From the NCBI RefSeq assembly GCF_021028975.2, contig NC_059427.1, positions 159,650,001 through 159,714,000 of the forward strand: a stretch of DNA of 64,000 bases, in the 5' to 3' direction. Numbering within the stretch: the stretch's first letter is position 1; every line of letters starts with the position of its first letter. The position numbers and the translations under genes were made by a program. The notes under the pieces were generated by a model. That model ran no database searches, was not told the origin of the DNA, and saw only the letters and a program-made list of their open reading frames with translations. This DNA comes from Sphaerodactylus townsendi. Its lineage: Eukaryota. Below, in pieces: positions 24,481-37,651 of the stretch.

Positions 24481-26048
24481 GTGAGGGGCGGGTAGGGTAG
24501 GGTAGGGTAGGGAAGGGGGGGGGGCGGGCGTCCGCCTTCTGCTGGGCGGTGGGGGGGGAGAGAGCGGCAGGCCGTGGTTCTTCTCTGGATCTAGGCCTCG
24601 CCTCCGCCGGTGGTCCCGGACTGAAGGGGTCTGGTCCGGGGTGACGGGAGATCCCCGCCCCCCTTGGGCCGCCGCTTCTGGTCTGGGTGGACAATGCCGA
24701 GGGGCTGTTGTATTGGCCCCCCGCTGCCGGCCAGAGCAGGCGATACCGAGCTTGGTGGGTCCCTGGTCAGGCTGGAGGTGAGTGAGGCTCACCTGCCTGG
24801 AGGTCCCCGGTTCTCTCCCCACCATCTCCAGTTGGGAAGCTGCTGCCGGTCAGATCAAGCAACGCTGACCTTGATGGACCCGTGTCCTGGTTCAGGCGAA
24901 GGAGGAGATTCAGGGGGCTTGGCTGGCCCAGTGGGCTCAAGGTTGGTGAGGCAGTCCGATGCTGGCTCTCAGGTGGCACGGGGACCCTTGCCCGGCTGCG
25001 CTTCACTTTGGGTGGGTAAACAAGCCCCCACATTTGCCAGGCTTCACACAGTGAGTGCCACACAGTGGGGAGAAGTGTGAAAAGGACATGAGCGATTGTG
25101 CCGTGGGAGGGGACCCGCTGCCACTTAGAAGATGCCTGCTTCCAGGGTGATCTTCACACGTGTCTCTAGGCTTTCTGCAATGATTTTGCACTCAAGGTTG
25201 TTGAGATGTGGCTTTTAATAGCTTTCTTTGACCATCAACGGTTGTGGCCCGAAAACTGATGTTCAGAACACCGGTTGGTTGACTGCCTGTGTGTCAGGAG
25301 GTGGCTCCTGTGTTTGGTCTAGACCTTTGATGCAGCCGGGAGTTGATAATTAATCTGCAGTCATCTGGGGCCCAGGAGGCCCAGCGGGTGGACTAAGTAG
25401 CAACCTGGGGGATGGCTGCAGACACACACACAACGCCCACTGCTGCTGTGGAATCCCAGCCGACAAATTCCAGCAGCGCCCAGAACAGATTTGCCTGCTC
25501 TTTGGCTCCATCAGGTACAACCTGGGTCTGCCAGGGCCTTCATATGCAAAGACTGAGCGCCTGCCCAATCATGCGTGCCCACGGCTAAAAAGATGGTCCT
25601 GGAGATTGGCGTCACGTTAATAAGCTGGGTGGGGTAACTGGGTGCATTTCAAGTTGTTGGGATGTGCGTGATGGAATCATGAAGCTCTCCGATGGAATTG
25701 GAAATTCTGGTCTGGGAGCTTCTGGCAGCTGTTCTACTTTTGACTGTGGTGATAGCATGAGCCCTTCCTTTTAAAAACCTGAGCATTTTTTCATTGTATG
25801 ATCAAATAAAGGCATGTGTGTTTTTGGGTAGTCACGGTACTGTTCCCTGCAGAGGAGCTGTGCTAATGCTGCTCTGGCGTTACAGTCAAGAGTGGGTCGA
25901 TGCTCTGCCATCGTGAGAGTGGCTCAGACTTGGCAGTGTTTTGGGCAGGTCACTTGAGATGGGTGCAACTCAAACTGTGAGAGCCTGAACACTACAAATT
26001 AGACTGGGTGTCCTTACAACTCACTGTCATGACCCAGACGCCCTAAAC

Positions 26049-26179
26049 CCGTGGTGGCGAACCTTTGGCACTCCAGATGTTATGGACTACAATTCCCATC
26101 AGCCAATTGGCCATGCTGGCAGGGGCTGATGGGAATTGTAGTCCATAACATCTGGAGTGCCAAAGGTTCGTCACCACTG
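26049..26179. mobile_element. Palindromic 131-bp hAT MITE
   Basis: TSD ccctaaac on both sides; near-perfect hairpin. Confidence 0.85.
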
Positions 26180-27297
26180 CCCTAAACCAAATAGCTCCAT
26201 CTCTGCCAAGCCAGGTTGGCTTTGGTTAGAACTTGGATGGGAGGTAGTCCAGGGTTGCTAGACAGAGGCAGGCAACGGCAAACCACCTCTCTCTTGCCTT
26301 GAAAATCCCATGAGGAGTCAAGTTATCTTCAGTCTGACTGCATTATCCTCCACCATGTTCACAATGAGCAAAGCCAACTTTGGGCCAAGGTTGTAAGGGC
26401 TGGAGTGTGTGCATTTTGGATCCCCACCAAACCTATGCCACTCTGCCTGTACAACAATCCTGTAAAGCGGGCATGTTGAAAGCAAGAGAGTTACCAAAAT
26501 AGTGTGCTTAAGCTGTGCATGCATTTCCAACTTTGGAACAGGAACAGCAAGGCATGGATGTTTTGATCCATTGCCGGGGGGGGGGGGGGGGGGGGGAACC
26601 AGTTCTGTTTAGGAGACTTTCAGCAAGCAGTCTTTGAAGTTCTTGGAGGAAGTTTCCATTTCACCAGTTTTTCCCCCTCAATGAAGAATCTACAGCTCTG
26701 CATGGGTGGGCTTGGCTGTACCAGCTTTGGTCATCGCAGTTGTATTGATTATCTCTCTCCGGGTTAGCTGACGTAGCATGAATTGTCCCAGGGCTTCTTT
26801 TGGATAAATGGCTGAGCGGGAATTTGTATCCAGATTGCATTTTCCATCAGCAAACACCCCCCACTTGGGGCTGGCAGTGGTGGAGGTGGAGACCCTGATT
26901 TTGTGTGTATGTGAGAGAGACATCTCTGTGGAACTACCACTTTGGTCTGGATCCAGCCCTGGGTCTCAAGTTAAATTGCAGACTGTCCATTATAGTGCAC
27001 TTGCTTTAATAAATCAAAATGAGGCCTGAATTTTTAATGGGCTGACATTGTAAAGGAAAGATTTTGTTTCCATCCTTCTGCATTCCCAGGAAGGATGCCT
27101 ATACTAAATGCAAGCATGTCAGAAAAATGTCCCCTTCAAATGGATCAAAAACGGTTGAATTACATTTGACACTTGAGAGGAACTTTGTCGCTCAGTAACC
27201 TCCTACAAAGCAGTGGTACACCAGAGTTAACCACTTGGTGAATTGTTGTAGCCCCTCAGACTCAAACTGTGGTCTTTTTCTCTCCCACCACGCCCAG

Positions 27298-27399
27298 ATG
27301 CCTGGACAAGCCGCTGGCTGGAGTCAAAGCACAAATCAGACTATGGGAAATTCAAACTTACTGCTGGCAAATTCTACGGAGATGCAGAGAAAGACCAAG
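27298..27399 (+). CDS. CALR: Calreticulin exon 2
   Basis: (D)AWTSRWLESKHKSDYGKFKLTAGKFYGDAEKDQ, AG/GT, 102 nt. Confidence 0.97.
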
Positions 27400-27629
27400 G
27401 TAATAATGTGACGTATTAGAGCATGGTTGGCTGCTTACTGAAGTCCTGGAGATTGCAACGGTTGAGATTAGGCAACCTATTGAAATTGACTGAGAGTCAA
27501 TCTGGTGGCACATGGATTGCAGAGTCCCAGCCCCAGATGCACTCTTACCAGTGCAGACCTGACTAGTTCTTGACCTCACCTGCGTCACAGAGTGGTTCAG
27601 GTAAACTGCAGTGGGATCCCCAGCTTGCT

Positions 27630-28265
27630 TGCTTGCTTATTATATTATACATTATATTACATTATGTTACATTATATTATTCAGTTTTATATACCGCTCT
27701 ACCCCCGAAGGGCTCTGGGCGGTGAACAACATAAGATTACAGGTATACAATAAACTCTTAAATAAATTAAATTAAAATGCAGCAATCGACATATTAAACA
27801 ATGTCCGCAATAATCCTCATTAAATCCTCCCAAGAGGGGAGAAAGAAAGATGGGTCCCATAGATAATAAGGGACCCTAAAAACAGGAGAGTAAAGGGGGC
27901 ACTTATCAGCGGCTGGACACTCCAAAAGCCTGGTGGAAGAACTCCGTCTTACAGGCCCTGCGGAACTCACCAAGATCCCGCAGGGCCTGGACAGCTGGAG
28001 GAAGAGTGTTTCACCAGGCAGGGACCAGGGCTGTGAAGGTCCTGGCCCGAGTGGAGGCCAGCCGCATCATTGAGGGGCCAGGGACTACCAGCAGATTGGC
28101 CTCTGCTGAGCGCAGAGGCCTAGTAGGGACATATGGGGTAATGCGGTCCCGAAGGTATGAGGGTCCCAGGCTGCGTAAGGCCTTAAAGGTAAGCACCCAT
28201 ACCTTGAAGATGATTTGGAACTCAACTGGGAGCCAATGCAGGTGACGCAGCACCGGTTGAATATG
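27630..28265 (-). mobile_element. L2 LINE 3' fragment
   Basis: HIQPVLRHLHWLPVEFQIIFKVWVLTFKALRSLGPSYLRDRI plus L2 tail. Confidence 0.85.
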
Positions 28266-28690
28266 CCAAGAAGGCTGGAATATTTTGTAATAAATAGCTT
28301 GCATTTTGTTTAAATCAGTGGGATTATGACTTCCCAGCTATGTCCATGATGGCGGCATTCATGGTGGGGCCCCCCCCCCCCCCCCCATGGATAACTGGTT
28401 CATTTAGAAATATGTAGTGGTAAGGACAGCCTGCTTGGTTAAGTGGTAAGGTAACTTTCAGGTCACATAGTACAGAATGGGTTGGTTTTATAGATGATTA
28501 ATGGAATTTTGGAATTAATGAAAATTAGGTTCACTTACAGAAAATTATGAGCCTTATTTTTTAAAAAAAATCTGTAAAAATACAGATAATATTTCCCTTT
28601 GGCGCAGCTGCTTCTGATCACGTTTCAAGTTGATGGTAACAGTATCCTGGTCCCTCAGATAGACTTTCCTTGTACTTGTTGTTTTCTCAG

Positions 28691-28894
28691 GGCTCCAGAC
28701 AAGCCAGGATGCCCGTTTTTACGCTCTGTCTGCTCGATTTGAGCCTTTTGGCAACAAGGACAAGACTATGGTGGTGCAGTTCACCGTAAAGCACGAGCAG
28801 AACATTGACTGTGGAGGTGGCTACGTGAAACTATTCCCGTCCAGCCTGAACCAGGAGGACATGCACGGGGAATCTGAATACAACATCATGTTTG
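28691..28894 (+). CDS. CALR: Calreticulin exon 3
   Basis: GLQTSQDARFYALS...KHEQNIDCGGGYVKLF...YNIMF, 204 nt. Confidence 0.98.
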
Positions 28895-29548
28895 GTGAGT
28901 TTTTAGCCAGAGGATTCTGATCGAAAGAATGTCGAGTGCTGCCTGCTTGTTACGGAAGGGTCGGTCAGAGATGGGTTGATTACTGCCATTTTCACTTGTG
29001 GGTCGACTGATGGGTGAGAGGAGAGCAGACTTTCCCATCTTGTATGGTGCAAGACACTGCACACAAGCCCATAAGGTTAGTCTGGAACAATGGCCTAGCT
29101 TTGGGAGTGCAATTGCCTTTTATAATAACAAATGAGGTTGTGCCGTAGTGAATTGGTAACCCTGTTCTGCTTTGAGGTAGAATTACATGGTGTGGCCACA
29201 GGACACATAGTAGATTTGAACAAGTCACTGTGGTTACGCAGTGGTGGGTCGGAGTGGGGTTTTAAATACATGTGTGAGGTTTATGATATTGCCTCCTGGC
29301 ATGTTCCCAATGGATAGAGATGGAGAAAGACCACAGACAAGCTGTATTGAGGGCATTCAGCACTCAAGGTGCTGTGGGGTTTCCTGCGTCAGGGTGGGGG
29401 CAGGCTGGATATCTGAGGACAGACTGTGACCGTTCTTGTCAGAGGGGGGTAGGAGACCAATTCCTGAAGATCAGTTCTTCACAGTAAGTCCGAAGTATCC
29501 TTCTTGGTCGAGTGGTGTTTCCTGACAGAGCATCTGTCTCCACTGCAG

Positions 29549-29643
29549 GTCCTGACATCTGTGGCCCAGGTACCAAGAAAGTTCACGTGATCTTCAATTA
29601 CAAAGGCAAAAACGTCTTGATCAATAAGGACATCCGTTGCAAA
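29549..29643 (+). CDS. CALR: Calreticulin exon 4
   Basis: GPDICGPGTKKVHVIFNYKGKNVLINKDIRCK, 95 nt. Confidence 0.98.
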
Positions 29644-29752
29644 GTGAGTGTCTAAAGGAATGTCTTCCATACCAGTGCTTGAAGTTTTGTGGTTTTCTTG
29701 GAGGGTGGAAATGGCTCCTCTTGTAAGCTAATTATTGTACTTCATTTGGCAG

Positions 29753-29962
29753 GACGATGAGTTCACCCATCTCTACACCCTCATTGTACGGCCTGACAAT
29801 ACGTACGAAGTGAAGATTGACAACAGCAAAGTGGAGTCGGGTAACTTGGAGGATGACTGGGATTTCCTGCCCCCCCAAAAAATTAAGGATCCAGAGGCAA
29901 AGAAGCCAGATGACTGGGATGAAAGGGCAAAGATAGACGATCCAGAAGACACAAAACCAGAG
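29753..29962 (+). CDS. CALR: Calreticulin exon 5
   Basis: DDEFTHLYTLIVRPDNTYEVKIDN...IDDPEDTKPE, 210 nt. Confidence 0.98.
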
Positions 29963-30152
29963 GTGAGTGGGCAGCAGTTATGGTAATACATAGTCATTAT
30001 TCTGTATGGCACTTAAGAGAGGCTGCAGCAGAAAAATTTATCTACTCCAAAAAGCTTGACAGTGGAGGAGACAGCAGAGCAGTCCAGTACGCAGCAGTGT
30101 CTCTTGTAGGTGGATGAGGAAGATAACAGTAGTGATCTCACTCTAAGGAACA

Positions 30153-30948
30153 AGAGCAGCAGTGCTGTAGTGGTTGGGAGCAGGTGCGCTCTAATCTGGA
30201 GAACCAGGTTTGATTCTCCACTCTGCCACTTGAGCTGTGGAGGCTTATCTGGGGAAATAAATTAGCTTGTGCACTCCAACAAGAGCCAGCTGGGTGACCT
30301 TAGACCAGTGATGGCGAACCTTTTCGAGACCGAGTGCCCAAATTGCAGCCCAAAACCCACTTATTTGTCGCAAAGTGCCAACACGGCAATTTAATTTGAA
30401 TACTGAGGTTTCAGTTTAGAAAAAACGGTTGGCTCCGAGGCATGCATTACTCAGGAGTAAGCTTGGTGGTAGTCGGTGGCTTTGCTTTGAAGCAACCGTG
30501 CAACGTTTCACATGAGTGAATAACGACCCTAGCAGGGTTTACTCAGAAGCAATCCCCATTGCCAGCAACTGAGCTTACTTCCAGGTAAAGGATCGCGCTT
30601 TAGTTCTTTGCATGAAAATCAGTGGGGTTTAACAGCGCTTAACAGGGTTACCTACACTGCTTCCCCAAAACTAGGTCTTAGGTTTAATGATAATAATGGA
30701 GCCCAGGCCAGCCAAGATGCGTGTGGGGGGGACTCTGTTTGCGTGTGCTCACAGAGAGGGCTCTGAGTGCCACCTCTGGCACCCGTGCCATAGGTTCGCC
30801 ACCACTGCCTTAGACTAGTCACAATTCTTCAGAGCTCTCTCAGACCCACCCACCTTATAGGGTGTTTGTTGTGGGGGGTGGGGAGGGAAAGGAGATTGAG
30901 TCTCCTTACAGGAGAGAAAGGGGGATATAAATCCAAACCTGCTCCTTA
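30153..30948 (+). mobile_element. Squam3 SINE interrupted by a hAT MITE (30306-30807)
   Basis: SINE halves flank a MITE with perfect TSD ccttagac. Confidence 0.85.
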
Positions 30949-30980
30949 ATTTCTCTGGTTGTTTCCCATTTTCTTAACAG

Positions 30981-31094
30981 GACTGGGATAAACCAGAGCA
31001 TATTCCTGATCCTGACGCCAAGAAGCCAGAGGATTGGGATGAAGAGATGGACGGGGAGTGGGAACCGCCAGTAATCCAGAATCCGGAATACAAG
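30981..31094 (+). CDS. CALR: Calreticulin exon 6
   Basis: [38 protein letters not shown], 114 nt. Confidence 0.98.
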
Positions 31095-32840
31095 GTAACA
31101 ATGGTTTCAGTTGTGTATTCCCTGAATTTCTTTACAGTCTTTTCAGTGACTCAGATCACCTCCCCTTAACTTTTTGAAAAATAAAATTGCCAGACAAAAA
31201 CGGGAGGGTGGCATCCATCCTTTCAGATGAAATGGTGGCCTGGGTGGTGTTGTGGTTAAGAGCCATGGACTCTAAACTGGAGAACTGGGTTTTGCTTTCC
31301 TGCTGCTCCACATGAAGCCTGTTGGGTGACCTTGGCCTAGTCCAGTGGTGGCGAACCTTTGGCACTCCAGATGTTATGGACTACAATTCCCATCAGCCCC
31401 TGCCAGCATGGCCAGCAGGGGCTGATGGGAGGCTGAATCCATAACATCTTAACATCCTGGAGGTGGGGTCCTCCTGAGCTAATCACAATTCTTCAGAGCT
31501 CTCATCAGCCCCACCTACCTCTGGAGGTGTCTGTTATGCAGGAGGCAGGAGGCGTTCTTAAGCTCTAGTTCAAAAATAGAAAAGTGGGATATTAACAAAG
31601 CCTCTCTTCCTCCGCTGGTGAGGTCCTGTGACTCTCCAGGTGTTCATGGTCACAGTCCATCCCAGCCCACATGCTGCTCAGGGGGCTGAGTTATGTTTCC
31701 CTGGAGGCATGACCCTATTCAGGGTATGTGTTCATCAGATTGTGCTCTTTTTTTCAGCTGCAAGGTTCATAGGCAAACCTACAGACATAACTAGATGAAA
31801 GTCTACTTGGTAGCCTCTGAGGGATGTTTGGTACAGAAAGGGCAGGGGTGCCAAGCTGTCATTAGCTTGACCATTCAGGCTCTGTCCCTGAACTGGATTT
31901 CAAACTTCCATATAAAACTGTGGATGTTTCTGGCTGAATTGAATTGGGAGTGTTTGGTTGGTAGTTGTTAGAAGAACAATGCATGCTCAAGAAACAGAAA
32001 CAGTTTGTTGGATGCCTTGGTAAGGTGAGAACTAGTGTCCTTGTACAAGATAGTTCTGAGGATCTTTGTAGAATGAGGTGTCTGTCCTGAAGAACCATGA
32101 AGACGAGTTGGAACGGATGCAAAAGAGCCGCTGTAGCAAACTGCAGCCAGTTAGAGGCTCTGCAGTAGGGAGCTCGTGTTGGGGGGCAGTTTTGAAGTAT
32201 CCTTATTATGGCTTTGGGCCGTAATTGAACAGACTGGAGATCAGAAGTGTGGAGTCGAACTAGGAGCAGAGTATAGGGTGGATCCTGCTTCCTTTACTGT
32301 TGTTGAGAAGCGAAGATCAGCCCTGAAAGTTACACTGCATATCAGGGGAACCTGTACAGATAAAAGTCGTAGGGGAGAGAGGGTGTCGTTAGGACATTGA
32401 GCAAGTTTTGAGTGGAAATGCCAGTTGAAGCCACCCTAATACCTTAGTTCCTTTGTCCTGTGCTTTGGTGCAGCGCTTGACGTACAGAAAATTCCTCCCC
32501 ACCCCTGGCAGCCATTTCTGACCCTGGGAAAATTCATTGCCCAGTATTGCAGGACACACATGGGTTGGTGGTTGCAGGTAGAAGCAGGAAAGGAAATGAA
32601 GTGACCCTTCTGTCTCTCTGAGAGTGTGTGTGGTGGAATTATATTAGTATTCCCTTCAGTTAATGCTAAACATGTGTTGGAAGCTGTATCGGAGCCACAT
32701 GCTATGACGGTGGACTTTTCTGTTCGTTTTTTTCATATGCTTGAGCTTAACAAATGTCTAGTTTATTACAAGTCAGGTGAGCTTGTGAGCCATTTGTAGT
32801 ACCTTTTTGATTTCACACTTCATACGTTTCGGCTTCCCAG

Positions 32841-32984
32841 GGAGAATGGAAACCTCGTCAGATTGACAACCCCAATTACAAAGGGAAATGGATTCATCCT
32901 GAGATAGATAATCCCGAGTATACTCCAGATTCCAATCTGTACAAGTTTGATGATATCTCTGTCATTGGCCTGGACTTGTGGCAG
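32841..32984 (+). CDS. CALR: Calreticulin exon 7
   Basis: GEWKPRQIDNPNYKGKWIHPEIDNPEY...GLDLWQ, 144 nt. Confidence 0.98.
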
Positions 32985-33686
32985 GTAAGTCATTCTTGAC
33001 AGGGCTACCATTCTTTCTTGATTTTTATATGGGATGTCCAGGCATGCTTTAAACTTTTCTGTGTCTCTGCTTTAATGGAGAGCTAGCAGTACCATCCAAG
33101 GATGCAAATTGTCACAGTTATTAACGCTTTTCAGTCTTTGCTTGTGCAGATACTAACCTTGCATTTGCAAAACAGGGTAGTTAATCAGAATACCCAATGT
33201 CAAAGCAGGCTGACAATCCCCTTTCTTGCACATCCATTGTGATGTGGGGTCATTGTACGTACATCACTTTGGGGTGGTATAGAAAGATCTACTCTGTTCC
33301 ATATAAAGAAGATTGTATATTCCCCGGCCACAGCATGCTGGAGCTTCTTTGATGTAGAATGTCCTGCCTGGGTCCTAGTTCCTACCTAACCCTGCTCTCG
33401 GGTCCGTTTGAAGCTAAAATGCGTTTGGCAAGAATGTTGTTGTCTTAAAGTACCAGCACCATGTTCAGTAATGCACAAAATAATAGTTTTGACCAAGGCA
33501 GTGTGTAAAAATACTCATTTGGGATTATATTCTAATGCAGAAGCATGCAGCTTTCTCAACCGCTGCACTTCAGCAGATCGAACTGTCATCCTTCTATGCA
33601 ACAGAGTACAGTGTAGCAAATGCCTTTAACAAAATAGTTTCTTCTAATAATCTCCTGGAAGTGTGTGTTTTCTGCTCACTCTAGTT

Positions 33687-34143
33687 CAGTGGTGGCGAAT
33701 CTATGGCACAGGCGCCAGAAGTGGCACTCAGAGCCCTCTCTGTGGGCACGCGCAAAGAGTGGGCTCAATTATTAGCATTAAACCTAAGACCTAGTTTTGG
33801 GCAAGCAGTGTAGGTAACCCTGTTAATTCAGGAGAAGAACTAAAGCGCGATCTTTTACCAGGGAATAAGCTTAGTTGCTGGCAATGGGGCTTGCTTCTGA
33901 GTAAACCCTCCTAGGGTCATGATTCACCCATTGGAAGAGTTGCACAGTTGCTTCAAAGCAAAGCCACCGACTACCACCAAGCTTTCTCAGAGACTACCAC
34001 CACGCATGCCTCAGAGCCAATTGTTTTTTCTAAACAAAAACCTCAGTATTCAAGTTAAATTGCCGTGTTGGCACTTTGCGATAAATAAGTGGGTTTTGGG
34101 TTGCAAGTTGGGCACTCGGTCTCAAAAAGGTTTGCCATCACTG
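33687..34143. mobile_element. hAT MITE
   Basis: TSD ctctagtt on both sides; family TIRs. Confidence 0.85.
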
Positions 34144-34738
34144 CTCTAGTTCAACTGAACTCTTAACTGGACACCTTAGCAAAATCATAATTAAATGCTG
34201 TTGCACAATATATTTATCATTGCGCCGAACAGCATAATGGCTTGACTGTTGTGGTGCTGCCTTTTGAATACTGTCTCTGATCCAGAACACAGGAGTTCAG
34301 CTGATCTTTGGAGTTAATTGACAAAACCTTTATAATGATGTTGAAAATGTTTAAAGCACATTGTGACTCTCCTGTTCAATCCAGGGCAATTTCCAAAAGA
34401 AAGGTGTACAGAGACCTGCATGGCAGAGGGTTAGATTTAATGGTCCTTGGGGTCTCTTCCAACAGTACGATTCTATGAGACTGGCCATTGTGGTTTTTCT
34501 GCGCTGTATGGCCATAGTCTGGTAGTGTTAGCTCTTACCATTTCACCCACAGGCTAAAACTTATCAGACCACAGTCATTCAGCCCAGAAAAACCACCATA
34601 GCCACTTGATTCCACCTGTGAAAACCTTCAACGATACAATGAAGTACAGAGAATTGCTATGTAGGCCCAAAAGACTCAGGGCAATGTGTTTTGCCCATCG
34701 GAAGAGTCAGCGCTGTGTCCTGTCTTAGTCTACTAGAC

Positions 34739-34856
34739 CAGGGGTCTGCAACCTGCGGCTCTCCAGATGTTCATGGACTACAATTCGCATCAGCCTAGGG
34801 GCTGATGGGAATTGTAGTCCATGAACATCTAGAGAGCCGCAGGTTGTAGACCCCTG
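34739..34856. mobile_element. Palindromic hAT MITE (CAGGGGTCTGCAACC family)
   Basis: Hairpin element; related copies at about 10807-10907, 49998-50087 and 53030-53167. Confidence 0.8.
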
Positions 34857-36153
34857 TCTAGACAGAACAGTCTTGCAAGCCCTGCAGAAGACCATTAATG
34901 TTGATGCTGTCTGGACCTCCTGGCAGCCGCCTCCATAATAAAGGGGCAGTGTTAGGAAAGGCCCTGAGATTAGAACCAAGGCAGAGTGGGCCACTCAAGG
35001 AGGGACTGGGTCAGGAATGAGACGAACAACTACTGCAAGGATCACGATTAGTGCCTGGGAGGGCAGGGGCAGTCCTTTCGGGTAGCTGGGGCCCAAGAGC
35101 TTTAAACCTTTTTAAAAGAGCTTTAAACCTTTTTAAAAAAACAAAGCTTTGAGTGGAAGCCCAAGAACAGGTTTATCTGCTTTAGAATTAGAGGAATTAT
35201 GCGTAAAGTGGCCATCACTGCAGCTGCCTTCTGCACGAGGTGTGGTTGATTTCAAGGGCAGATCCCTGTGGAGTTTGAGCCAGTAGTCTAGTCTACAGGT
35301 GTAGCTATGCTGGCAGTCAGAGCATAGGAGAACATATGTTGATAGGATCCAGGGGCCTGCTGTGTGTGAAATGATCCCGACGCAATGGCGGGGGGGGGGG
35401 GGGGGTTGGTTGGTTGCAAAATCGCCCCCTCCTCCCCCTGCAGGAGGTGGCCTGCAGACCAGCTTGGTGGGGGTGTGGCTTGGCTTCTGCAGGAGGTGGC
35501 CAGTGGGCTGGCTTGGGGGGGGGGGGTGGCTTGCCACTGCGGTGCCCCCAATCCCCACCCCCTGAGAGTGGAGGGCGCCCAGAGCAGGTGATGTCTCTGA
35601 GCGCCATCTCCCCCAATTCGTCTCTGATAGCATCCCTGACGCCTCTAATGAGATGTTGTTGCTTTGTATTTGCGTTCTGTGGTCAGCCTTTATTCTTAGT
35701 GAAATAAAGGAAGAGTTTGATTAAGTATCAAACTAAATTTCTTTGGCGTGCTCAAGTAGTGACTTCATCCCACAGCTTTGTATCTTTCACTAGTTGCCAG
35801 TTTCTTTGGTCAAGTTTTGGGGAGCTGGGCTTTAGCCTTTACAATCTCACACTGCTTGGATCAAGGATATTTGGGCATACCTCCCCACCCCAAATTTGAA
35901 CGTGGGGGTGTCTTTTGGATGGGGCTGTAAATATGATTGTCAAGAGCAGTCATGAGAATGTGGCCTTCAAGAGGCCAGGGCATAGCTAGATAACGCACCT
36001 GGTTGTTGGCAGGCTGCGAGCTAGCTAAAACAGGAATTCACACAGAGCGAAACAACCCCCACCAAAAGCAGGCCCGACAATGATCCTTTCCCCTCTATTA
36101 TATGCTGACATTTAATGGCAAAAAAATAGTGTAAATGTTTGAAGATTCTAGAG

Positions 36154-36626
36154 CAGTGATGGCGAACCTGTGGCATGGGTGCCAGAGGTGGCACTCAGAG
36201 CCCTCTCTGTGGGCACGCACACATAGAGTTCGTCATGTGGGGGGCAGAAAATCACCCCCTCCCCCCCCACACACATCTAGGCTGGCCTGGGCCACTGAGC
36301 ACGACATGCACGCATCGCAATGAGGACTCGGCTGGTGGGCCTGGTGCCTGTGCTCCAAGTGGCTGCTGCCCAAGGAGGGGGGGGGGCGCGCAGAGGAAGT
36401 AGAGATGCTAGAGAGGCACAGAGCGGTGCGCACGGGACTTGCTGGAGGCCAGAGCAGGCTGGCCCCTGCTCGAGTGGGTGGGGCTGAGGAAGAGGGAGCT
36501 AACTTTTTTTTTCTAAATTAAAACCTCAGCATTCTGGTTAAATTGCCGGGTTGGCACTTTGCGATAAATAAATGGGGTTTGGGTTGCAATTTGGGCACTC
36601 GGTCTTAAAAAGGTTCGCCATCACTG
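36154..36626. mobile_element. hAT MITE
   Basis: TSD ttctagag on both sides. Confidence 0.85.
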
Positions 36627-36923
36627 TTCTAGAGTGAGCTGTGGGTTGTAGAAGAAGGTGGTGGATAAAATAACCTGCCAATAGTGAGAGTAGAAGTAGG
36701 ATTATATGTACTCTTAAGATGCCAGCCACAGATGCAGGCAAAACATTAGGAGAAAATGCTACTGAAACATGGCCATACAACCCAGAAAACCCACAACACC
36801 CTAGTGATTTCGGCTGTGAAAGCCTTCGACAATACATAGGATTATGTATTGTATGGAAAGCTGTAGGAACTGTTCAGGACATGGTAGGGAGCTGGGAATT
36901 CACTGTTCTTCCTGTTGCTTCAG

Positions 36924-37016
36924 GTTAAATCCGGCACAATCTTTGACAATTTCCTGGTCACAGATGATGAGAAATATGCGGAAGAAGTTGGCAAAGAAAC
37001 CTGGGGGGCTTCTAAG
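36924..37016 (+). CDS. CALR: Calreticulin exon 8
   Basis: VKSGTIFDNFLVTDDEKYAEEVGKETWGASK, 93 nt. Confidence 0.98.
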
Positions 37017-37453
37017 GTGAGATGCTTTTATCTGTATTTTGTGTGGCAAAGGGACTGTGCTACCTGGGTATTGCTTCTGTTTAACTTTTGCAGTGCATTC
37101 TACGTATTTTGTTAAGGGATTGTAAGCAACTTAATAACTGATAGATTCAGAAGCTACAGTAGACAAAGTTAGCTAAGTAGGTCTGGCGAAAATTTCATGG
37201 CATAAAAAATTGTGTACTAGATCTGGTTTTGTCTGCAAAACCTGGTTAATGTTAATAATCCATGAAGTCCCCTGTTGAAAGGCACCCGAGCTAGCAGGCG
37301 TTGCCACATTTTCGGGTAGGGAATTTCTGAAGTCAGAGATCCTTGAGGCTTCTTGAGCTACTTTGTACCAAGGGAGAGGCGTATCTCTTTCTGGCTCCTG
37401 TCGCAGTCTACTCTTCCAGCCGCGTTTTGAGCTGTCTCCTTTGTCTTTCTCAG

Positions 37454-37651
37454 GAGCCTGAGAAGAAAATGAAGGAACAGCAGGATGAGGAGCAGCGGAA
37501 GAAGCAGGAGGAGGAGGACAAAAAGAAGAAAGAGGAGGAAGGAGAAGAAGAGGCTGAGGGTGAAGACAATGAGGAGGAAGACGACGACGAGGAAGATGAA
37601 GAGAAGGAGGAAGAGGAGGACACAGAGAGCCCCTTAAAGGACGAGCTGTGA
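37454..37651 (+). CDS. CALR: Calreticulin exon 9 (acidic tail, KDEL)
   Basis: EPEKKMKEQQDEE...ESPLKDEL*; the nine exons sum to 1251 nt, i.e. 416 aa. Confidence 0.98.
   Translation, partial: EPEKKMKEQQDEEQRKKQEEEDKKKKEEEGEEEAEGEDNEEEDDDEEDEEKEEEEDTESPLKDEL

Noticed and set aside
23795-24825. Antisense ORFs at the CALR promoter as FARSA exon 1
   Set aside because: No similarity to a FARSA N-terminus; GC-rich spurious ORFs
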